The notes under the pieces are model-generated. The model saw only the letters and a list, made by a program, of their open reading frames with translations, was not told where the DNA came from and did no database searches. A program made the translations under genes and the position numbers. This document shows positions 28,501-33,878 of a stretch of DNA of 33,878 bases, in pieces (position 1 is the stretch's first letter; each line of letters starts with the position of its first letter). Location of the stretch: the IMG/VR virus record IMGVR_UViG_3300047669_001138, positions 1 to 33,878 of that record; one strand, written 5' to 3'. This stretch comes from a virus (lineage: Duplodnaviria; Caudoviricetes).

Positions 28501-31500
28501 AGATTTGAATTTTATGCAGCTATTGAAGATTTAAGAGCAAATGGTTTAACATCTGCTAAAGTTTTAAGAGCTCACAAGAATATATATGGAGCATCGTATA
28601 CAGAAGATGAACATAAAAATATATCTTTGCAGTTTAGTAGATTATTGTCACCAGTTAATAAAGCTGATATGGAAGTGTTTAGAAGCACTAAATCTTTTGT
28701 GCAGTACTTAGAAGATATTGTTGAAGCTAAAGATATTAACCAAACTATTGTAGAATTTAGTGGAGCAGATATGTCTATTGCCCAAATGTTAAGGGATTTA
28801 AATCTTGTTTTAAAGGGTAGAGAATTTGTCGTTAGAAATGTTGTTCAAGCTTTAAAGAAAAAATTCCCAGTTGAAAAGCATGGAAATAAAGCGTTAGAAA
28901 TGCTAGTGGCTTTTGCCCCTGTGACATTTAGTCAAGGCTCTAGCTTTTTCGCTAGTTATATGATTGAACCCGGTACTGATTCAAAATTAATTAAGCACAA
29001 CAAGGATGATAATAGACCTTCTTTGTTTGGAAAAGCCAATGAAGATATTTTAAAAAATTTAATATTAGGTAAAGATGCAGATGATAAAATAAACTTTCCT
29101 AATGTTAAAAGTATTAACAATAAAAAAATAACTTTTAAAGATGGAAAAACTCCTCTTAAGGTTGATATAAACACAAGCGCTGTTGTTCAAGTAAAACATC
29201 TAAAAGGGCTTTCGGAAAAGCAAATAGCAAAAGACAAAGCGGATGCTAAATTAGCTAGGCAATTTGTTGAAGTAGTTATGGATGCTCTACCCTCTAAAGG
29301 TACAGACAATAATCTGACTGCTTTAATATTAGCCACAATGAATGCAAGTTCTGATAGCGCTCTTAGATTAGCGGCTCCGGTGTGGGGTAAATCAGCTGTT
29401 ATGGGTTATAAAGATTTAAAAAAACCTAAGCTTGCTACAGCTAAAGATGTAGAAAAAGATCTAACGGGTGATTTAAAAGTTGGCGACAAAATGTACACTC
29501 CCAAGAAGAAAAATAAAAGTGGAAAGATTACAGGAGGAGTGCTTAGAACAGAAGCTAATTATAGGTACGAGCATGCTTTACCAGCTAGAGTTGTTTTATG
29601 GTATTTATATGACTCTAAGATTAATAAGAATAAAAAAATAAATTTAGATGCATTGTTTGACGACTATAGGGTTACTATTATACCCATAATTGAAATGGAT
29701 AATGTTTTAAGAGACACTGGTTTTAGTTCTATAATGTTAGCTAACTATATTCCAGGTGATCAAACTTGGTGGAAAAGATATTTTAATAGATTCACTAAAG
29801 GTAAAATTCCTTACGCGTTGGAATCATATGAAATAGATGCTGAAACAGGTAAACCAGATATAAAGGGTCAAGATTTTCAAGACTATTATGAAGAAAAAAT
29901 GCCTCCAGTATTTAAGCCAAACTCTCAAACAATAGTTGATCAAGAAAATAACGCTGACATAGCGATGGACAACGCTAGATCGGGTAAATACTCTTTAACT
30001 GTTAAAAAGATAAGAGTGTTTGATTTTGATGACACGCTAGCTAGAAGTAATTCAAAGGTTCTTTACACAATGCCTGATGGTACAAAAGGTAAATTAACCG
30101 CAACAGAATTCGCTAAAGACGCTGCATCAATGGAAAACCAAGGAGTTGTTTGGGATTTCACAGAATTTAGTAAAGTTGTAGAAGGAAAAAAAGGACCGCT
30201 TTTTAATGTAGCTAAAAAAATACAAGAAACTAGAGGTTCTGAAGACATTTTCGTGTTAACAGCAAGACCTCAAAATGCTGCTCAACCAATACAGCAATTT
30301 TTAGCATCGATTGGTTTAAACATTCCTATTGAAAATATAACTGGATTAGAAGATGGGACGGGAAAAGCTAAAGCCGATTGGATAATTAATAAATTTGCTG
30401 AAGGTTATAATGATTTTTATTTCACTGATGATGCTATTAAAAATGTTAAGGCAGTTAAAGACGTTTTAGATGTATTAGACGTTAAATCTAAAGTTCAACA
30501 AGCTAGAGCGAAGTTTTCTTTAAACTTAAGTGACGAGTTTAATCAAATGATTGAACGAAATAAAGGTATTTCAGCGGAAAAAAGATATTCTCAAGTAGTG
30601 GCTCAAAGATTAGGTAGAAATAAAAAACGATGGAACTTTTTTATACCACCATCAGCTGAAGATTTTAGAGGACTAACAATGTATATGTTTTCTGGATCTG
30701 GTAAAAAAGGAGAGGCTGACATGGAGTTTTTTAATAAAAGTTTAGTTCTACCCTATACTCGAGGTATTTCAGCTATGGAAACAGCTAGACAACAAGTTTC
30801 AAAAGATTATAGAGGCTTAGTAGCCGGTTTCCCAAAAATCAAAAGATTACTAAGAAAAAAAATAGAAGGAACAGAGTTTACACATGATGAAGCTGTAAGA
30901 GTTTATCTTTGGGATAAGGCGGGTTATCAAATACCTGGAATATCAAAAAGAGATCAAGCTAAATTAAGTAAAATAATAAGAGAAGATCCTAATTTAGCCG
31001 CTTTTGCAGATGGTGTACAAGCTGTAACAAAAAGTGAAACATATGTAGAGCCTAGTCAACACTGGAGTGGTGGAACTATATTAAGTGACTTAGACTCTTT
31101 AACTAAATCGATTAATAGAAATAAATATCTCAATGAATTCAATGAAAATGTAGAGGTAATATTTAGTAATGAAAACTTAAATAAAATAGAGGCAGTATAT
31201 GGTACTAGAGTTAAAGAAGCTTTAATAGACATTATACAAAGAATGAAAACTGGTAGTAATAGAACTGGTGGTAAAGATAGAATAGTAAACAAATGGAATG
31301 ATTGGGTTAATAATTCTATTGGAGCAATAATGTTTTTAAACAGAAGGTCAGCTTTATTACAATTAATTTCTTCAGTAAACTTTATAAATTGGGGTGATAA
31401 TAACCCTGCAATGGCAGCTCTAGCATTTAGTAATCAACCTCAGTTTTGGAAGGATGTTGTTTATTTGTTTAATTCTGATAAATTAAAACAACGTCGATCA

Positions 31501-32712
31501 GGGCTTAAGGGTGATATTAATGAAGCTGAAATTGCCGCAGCTGTTAAGGGTGCTAGAAACAAAACTCAAGCCTTTATAAGTGTATTACTTAAATATGGTT
31601 TTACTTTTACCCAAATAGCAGATAGTGTTGCAATAGCTACAGGTGGAGCAACTATGTATAGAAACAGGACCAATACTTATTTAAAACAGGGTTTTAGTAA
31701 GGCCGAAGCAGAAACTAAAGCTTTTATTGATTTCTCTTTAATATCTGATGAATCACAGCAGTCAGCAGATCCAATGCTTATATCTAAGCAGCAAGCTGGT
31801 GTTATGGGTAGATTAATATTGGCTTTTCAAAATACTCCTATGCAGTATACTAGATTAATGAAGAAAGCTGGATTAGATATAATTAATGGTAGAGGGGATC
31901 TTAAAACCAATATCAGTAAGATAATGTATTATGGAGCGGTACAAAACTTTATATTCTCAGCCCTCCAAAATGCGTTGTTCGCATTAGTTCCAGGATTCGA
32001 AGATGATGATGATGAATTGACAGAAGAAGAACAAATGGAAGCTTATGGAAAAGTATTAAGTAAAAAACAAGATAGAATCCTTAATGGAATGTTGGATACT
32101 ATTTTAAGAGGATCGGGACTTGCTGGAGCTGTAATATCTACTATTAAAAATGCTATAAGAACGTATGGCGTGCAAGATGCAAAAGGTTATATGGCTGACC
32201 ATACATATACTATTGTAGAATTAGCTAATCTCTCTCCACCTATTGGTTCTAAATTAAGAAAAATATATAGTGGAATACAAACTAAAAGAATTGAAAGAGA
32301 TCCTATAGCAGAAAGAGGATTTGATGTTACTATTAATGGTAAATTTAATTTAAGTCCTAGTTATCAAGTGGTAGGAGATATTGCATCAGGAGTGGCAAAC
32401 ATCCCTTTAGATAGATTAGTTGTAGAAATTAATGCTATAACAGAAGCCCTTGATGAAAGAAACACTATATATCAAAGAATAGCTTTAGCTTTAGGTTATA
32501 GAACATGGGATGCTAATACTAAAAATGAAGAAGAAGATTTAATTAAAGTTGAAGGAAAAGCTAAAAGAAAAGAAGAAGGTAAAATAAAAGCTAAAGCCAC
32601 TAGAGAAAGAAAAAAGAAAGAAAAATTTCAAAAATATTTAAACAGTCTAAGTGCTGACGAATACATAGAGTATTTACAAAAAAAACAAGAATTTGAAGAA
32701 GCTTTTAAATAG
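22600..32712 (+). CDS. Giant (3370 aa) polyvalent putative ejection protein with zincin, sigma-region-2-like, HNH-like and HAD phosphatase segments
   Basis: Third gene of the ejection cluster. Has Gly/Ala-rich hydrophobic segments near 25060-25410, HEINH at 26749, FDASKASFGQY near 27484, YEHALP near 29566 and VFDFDDTL/LTAR/K/FTDD at 30016-30432. The helical C-terminus contains GRLILAFQNTPMQY. Confidence 0.82.
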   Translation: MPYLNEATGETLTYAQIEEKALLEDTSAFDYISKHDLQMVSSMSSFEEPQDINFQTGIANQGANAMSTIPGAPEITDLDLTTSSLESYTERQTALANAPVTSAIADRDKFVKDNKLDEFFSLKGGKISELDELNKKIQDKERELRNAPENQFAPATFLDEEPKFIQNFLQQEFGTTGITFNLDESNNFITANVGGEELKLPLTGDRILGSGGTDEDSTPFANYLYKNSRKEFKENYDKIIKYDISRRAAAHVENYNGVMMETIEKDIVSNALSNALENGDVSLTEFNNTFNETGLELVPVTEVEEYTEGGFGAKVKERTVLTGYNLVKKSSNEQGEEVQDIVAFQKIKKDEFVDGNDLQAWLSSNLDSDQTLKVKKNIFNFISAYTTEEAKIQTQTIQSINPQQIDAKVSKGEGNWIEKLTGDDGLLSRLNVETQSEVFNKQERNTIQLHFANQLKLANPLRAFTTPSKNSSTGFLTEKIESTQTPYEIATSLEGLPETIKNKLEGTYEELDNNSPLDVILENSKNIVKQGLLTEKENSLMENLMEAKEIPFTDSNGNVSMIPFNTFMTGLGALLKGKKDEIIDDNLQAFKNGFEEVDEKLKQTVNLGAEIVAETFKSNPNLPVDFNVTIGDNQELFYSLKPTKKLTEKEQTIYDELQVDLFKWETTAFKLNKERSQAVSNYLNTIISFNKNVKENKEEKERSKEGLIENLTQSVNPKTKENYTLKEAKELANDIRFRDSSMILKLANKEYDAGALMVNDFYQASKGILLAIPTLSGNEYAIDEQRQINKNAELYQTMGTYNDGLGSGFEFAGRTLAQQMPNIILAVATGAAGNATGFLSTTAVKAAVATTFGTTAGADIYRNLTLGTELVAKAKDQVKFLKDAYSKGLVSALEYTEGMADANQTIAYNDLTQAQILGASAMTFAIEGGITFMIGSGNNTLKFLDDVAGKSTGSLAVTNLVKNSAWKNAGLFGIDYTKRLASEVVEEELIYGGTQLFSETLILNRNFDLSQLDDTAITTIITAGTSNSSVAYSALTNISMSEDIRKAAGELHNGKIVNVLKSLNLAKTDKDRAPFLLTLAEHNIALSDLSGEAGVDAMALGDKMQSLLALKIIKDNLYAQAGVKGDGKNVNRVIGQYKSKLNANQKKAFEDDLAAVESEINSIRNSEKNYQGVINQINGKSKNYKPEFKDGKRKKYKGIYEITADQLKGDSKFDKASERGKIGLVLEKIRNNISNTYTAKAEQNKFFINEWNKIIKENPKLKNKKQQYFENAGKEIAFRTVNLTTILSETDSAKEIVKNFDDLKLVEAPDGNLQEELNRMLQDKEITDEDYTIINKSLEDQVVDGKKVKVNGFVTPDGKFIVNNVSKKYFEDTGNIQAGTVMVHEINHIIDDKFFGNTLDKSGDAVLSKRGKQFVDNLHKHMSETEDITLKMIQVKALRAVNIYGKEKWDDNSDKYKDEYAREVQTLLFAEESRFKDGTNYEKQEKFNLLNKTLNTLFGKGENMSSPQKAFDYIVANNAAARKGKLREIVQRGIDKFGGESGGKRSVNPQSVVDRINEKNKSVENFTPITEKQVQTMVDKVANRTWSRFGRPIPANIREKFIGSKGDESGRKKWLDDAKQILNTIALGFDASKASFGQYMANTGMQRANAWAKNEFGIPSAEQGARVNVETSKEAQGTLDNTQDFTERQAKESSETLPSLKNTIKSKNKKSLLDNIEKGVEKEVKYKQPAMNKASTIKSKSELISNLSKGLQNVTIDGKNLYAKVIDDIGGRNKTINEFETFLSENYTSLLQSGGLTTSYLSKAFPQAIEKYIVGEGWVKYPGWKGKKKGKAKGDVDIWSSTESGPFQGSTSGLQKIRRIPNIKNAIPLAQFKGKYIDGINNKVKVAPTEALAKQLVQEIGLDVFNEEIQKETSVIKELFKERQDLVGALTDISNFEAQINLDVERRGIKNSLATLSPQQFENWTNKRFEFYAAIEDLRANGLTSAKVLRAHKNIYGASYTEDEHKNISLQFSRLLSPVNKADMEVFRSTKSFVQYLEDIVEAKDINQTIVEFSGADMSIAQMLRDLNLVLKGREFVVRNVVQALKKKFPVEKHGNKALEMLVAFAPVTFSQGSSFFASYMIEPGTDSKLIKHNKDDNRPSLFGKANEDILKNLILGKDADDKINFPNVKSINNKKITFKDGKTPLKVDINTSAVVQVKHLKGLSEKQIAKDKADAKLARQFVEVVMDALPSKGTDNNLTALILATMNASSDSALRLAAPVWGKSAVMGYKDLKKPKLATAKDVEKDLTGDLKVGDKMYTPKKKNKSGKITGGVLRTEANYRYEHALPARVVLWYLYDSKINKNKKINLDALFDDYRVTIIPIIEMDNVLRDTGFSSIMLANYIPGDQTWWKRYFNRFTKGKIPYALESYEIDAETGKPDIKGQDFQDYYEEKMPPVFKPNSQTIVDQENNADIAMDNARSGKYSLTVKKIRVFDFDDTLARSNSKVLYTMPDGTKGKLTATEFAKDAASMENQGVVWDFTEFSKVVEGKKGPLFNVAKKIQETRGSEDIFVLTARPQNAAQPIQQFLASIGLNIPIENITGLEDGTGKAKADWIINKFAEGYNDFYFTDDAIKNVKAVKDVLDVLDVKSKVQQARAKFSLNLSDEFNQMIERNKGISAEKRYSQVVAQRLGRNKKRWNFFIPPSAEDFRGLTMYMFSGSGKKGEADMEFFNKSLVLPYTRGISAMETARQQVSKDYRGLVAGFPKIKRLLRKKIEGTEFTHDEAVRVYLWDKAGYQIPGISKRDQAKLSKIIREDPNLAAFADGVQAVTKSETYVEPSQHWSGGTILSDLDSLTKSINRNKYLNEFNENVEVIFSNENLNKIEAVYGTRVKEALIDIIQRMKTGSNRTGGKDRIVNKWNDWVNNSIGAIMFLNRRSALLQLISSVNFINWGDNNPAMAALAFSNQPQFWKDVVYLFNSDKLKQRRSGLKGDINEAEIAAAVKGARNKTQAFISVLLKYGFTFTQIADSVAIATGGATMYRNRTNTYLKQGFSKAEAETKAFIDFSLISDESQQSADPMLISKQQAGVMGRLILAFQNTPMQYTRLMKKAGLDIINGRGDLKTNISKIMYYGAVQNFIFSALQNALFALVPGFEDDDDELTEEEQMEAYGKVLSKKQDRILNGMLDTILRGSGLAGAVISTIKNAIRTYGVQDAKGYMADHTYTIVELANLSPPIGSKLRKIYSGIQTKRIERDPIAERGFDVTINGKFNLSPSYQVVGDIASGVANIPLDRLVVEINAITEALDERNTIYQRIALALGYRTWDANTKNEEEDLIKVEGKAKRKEEGKIKAKATRERKKKEKFQKYLNSLSADEYIEYLQKKQEFEEAFK

Positions 32713-32719
32713 TAACTTT

Positions 32720-33181
32720 ATGGAAAACATAAGTAAAAACATAACCTATGCCGAAGGTATACATTCTAGCACAGCTAAGCGAGAGCGAATAGATAATACA
32801 CCTAGCCCTTCACAAACAGAGTGTATGAAATTATTAGCTGAGAAAATATTTCAACCATTAAGAAAGTGGGTTGATGGACCTATAAAAATTAATTCATTTT
32901 TTAGATCAGCAGCGCTTAACGATAAAATAGGTGGAGCTTCATCCAGTCAACATTGTAAGGGTCAAGCTATAGATATAGATGATGTTTACGGTTGTAAAAC
33001 AAATGCAGAAATGTACAATTGGATTAAAGAAAATTTAAACTTTGATCAGATGATATGGGAATTTGGAACTGATACACAACCTAATTGGATACATATAAGC
33101 TACGTGTCTGATGAAGACAATAGAAATAAATGTTTAAAAGCTTATAAAGAAAATAATCACACTAAATATAAAGTAATATGA
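32720..33181 (+). CDS. Peptidase M15A-family endolysin (Zn D-Ala-D-Ala carboxypeptidase-like)
   Basis: Zn-binding motifs INSFFRS..LN..IGG...SQHCKGQAIDI and WIHISY. The likely start is ATG 32720 rather than TTG 32693, which overlaps the upstream gene. Confidence 0.88.
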   Translation: MENISKNITYAEGIHSSTAKRERIDNTPSPSQTECMKLLAEKIFQPLRKWVDGPIKINSFFRSAALNDKIGGASSSQHCKGQAIDIDDVYGCKTNAEMYNWIKENLNFDQMIWEFGTDTQPNWIHISYVSDEDNRNKCLKAYKENNHTKYKVI

Positions 33182-33304
33182 TTTTCGGAGCTGCAAAGAA
33201 AAAAAACTACTTGCTGGAAAGGCTACAGTAACATTGTAAAAGGTAAGCCTACCTTTAAAAAGAAAGGTAAAAAAATGGTACCTGATTGTAAACCTACAAA
33301 ATAA
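33178..33304 (+). pseudogene. Small basic CWKGY...KKMVPDC-motif protein interrupted by a one-base frameshift in an A8 run
   Basis: ATG 33178 overlaps the endolysin stop (ATGA) and reads MIFGAAKKK. The +1 frame continues TTCWKGYSNIVKGKPTFKKKGKKMVPDCKPTK* but has no ATG upstream of the motif. Confidence 0.6.
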
Positions 33305-33308
33305 AAAA

Positions 33309-33695
33309 ATGAAAAAATTATTAGTATTATTATTACTTGTAATAGGTTGTGGAACCTATACAAAGCAACCAGTTGCTAGTCATGTAGTTGCTGTAACAAT
33401 GGAAGGAGATACAATATTAGTTGCTATCGATAAGATAAGACCTAATCAATATATTAATTTTTACCCTGTTTATAGTAGACCATACTATCAACCTTATTAC
33501 AACCCATACTACGGTAATCAGTATATGTTTAGATACCCTGATAACAGGGGTGTATCTAGTTCTGTAGGCACTAGGTCAAGTAATGAAATAAAAGTACCAC
33601 CACTAAAAAGCGGAGGTACTACATATAGCCCAGGTTCAGGAAAATCAATTTCAAGAATTGATTATGCTAAGCCTATTAATAGAAGTAAAGATTAA
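33309..33695 (+). CDS. Phage lipoprotein with a Pro/Tyr-rich segment
   Basis: MKK-LLVLLLLVIG-C is a signal peptidase II-type signal. Contains a PYY x3 repeat and a Ser/Gly-rich tail. Confidence 0.75.
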   Translation: MKKLLVLLLLVIGCGTYTKQPVASHVVAVTMEGDTILVAIDKIRPNQYINFYPVYSRPYYQPYYNPYYGNQYMFRYPDNRGVSSSVGTRSSNEIKVPPLKSGGTTYSPGSGKSISRIDYAKPINRSKD

Positions 33696-33722
33696 TTATT
33701 TAAAAAAGAAAAAGAAAAAGTA

Positions 33723-33878
33723 ATGCTAAACAAAAAAGTAGACATCGACATTGACGGAGACAGTAAACCAGATTTGCAAATCGACTTAAAAACAATCGTA
33801 ATGATTGTTGGAGGTATAATATCACTAGTGATGACCTATACCACGCTAAAAGAAGATATTAAGATTAATGCAATAGAG
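33723..33878 (+). CDS. Membrane protein, 5' part (runs off the window)
   Basis: Open from ATG 33723 to the window edge: MLNKKVDIDIDGDSKPDLQIDLKTIVMIVGGIISLVMTYTTLKEDIKINAIE. One TM helix preceded by a DxDxD motif. Confidence 0.7.
   Translation, partial: MLNKKVDIDIDGDSKPDLQIDLKTIVMIVGGIISLVMTYTTLKEDIKINAIE

Larger units (their letters stand above)
1..33878 (+). mobile_element. Bacteriophage genome segment: structural/packaging/lysis module of a Bacteroidota-infecting podovirus (crAss-like/marine flavophage type)
   Basis: Co-oriented, tightly packed terminase, portal, scaffold, capsid, tail and ejection genes. No tape measure or sheath gene. AT-rich, with no Shine-Dalgarno motifs before starts, as is typical of Bacteroidota. 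No host genes or integrase are visible, so free phage versus prophage cannot be decided. Confidence 0.93.

Noticed and set aside
30022-30036. DFDD as a possible RNA polymerase catalytic motif (DFDGD/DFDID) of a crAss-type virion RNAP
   Set aside because: The context is hhhDxDxT followed by the TAR, K and DD motifs, which is HAD. It lacks the DxDxD spacing of RNAP.
271-31292. All minus-strand ORFs in the track
   Set aside because: They are short, antisense to long coherent + strand genes, and rich in Ser/Leu/Phe/Ile as expected for antisense shadows.
1-33878. Stop-codon reassignment (TAG or TGA) as in some crAss-like phages
   Set aside because: Very long ORFs are intact in the standard code, and TAG (69, 739, 32712) and TGA (33181) sit at gene boundaries next to new starts.

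Overview
This AT-rich window is the virion-morphogenesis (late) region of a Bacteroidota/Flavobacteria-type podovirus with crAss-like structural genes. All credible genes are on the + strand and use the standard code. Gene order: small hypotheticals and a holin-like gene, a tandem GroES-like protein, TerS, TerL, portal, scaffold, major capsid protein, terminator, a virion protein, two tail ring/adaptor proteins, and a tail stabilisation (muzzle) protein apparently split into two genes. These are followed by a GNAT-fold protein and three putative ejection proteins (the P22 gp14-gp7-gp20-gp16 layout), an M15 peptidase endolysin, a frameshifted CWKGY-motif mini-gene, a lipoprotein and a partial membrane protein. 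Four points stand out. (1) The 3370-aa putative ejection protein lacks a recognisable RNA polymerase catalytic motif but carries an HExxH zincin motif, a sigma70 region-2-like segment, an EHxxP HNH-like segment and a complete HAD phosphatase domain. (2) The muzzle protein has a nested insertion: a Fib_succ_major/FISUMP domain interrupted by a GxGY module that recurs at the C-terminus. (3) A 12-mer, ARGTAATWATAA, recurs at three module boundaries. (4) A poly-A frameshift interrupts the CWKGY mini-gene. All family assignments come from by-eye motif recognition and gene order; no database searches were run.
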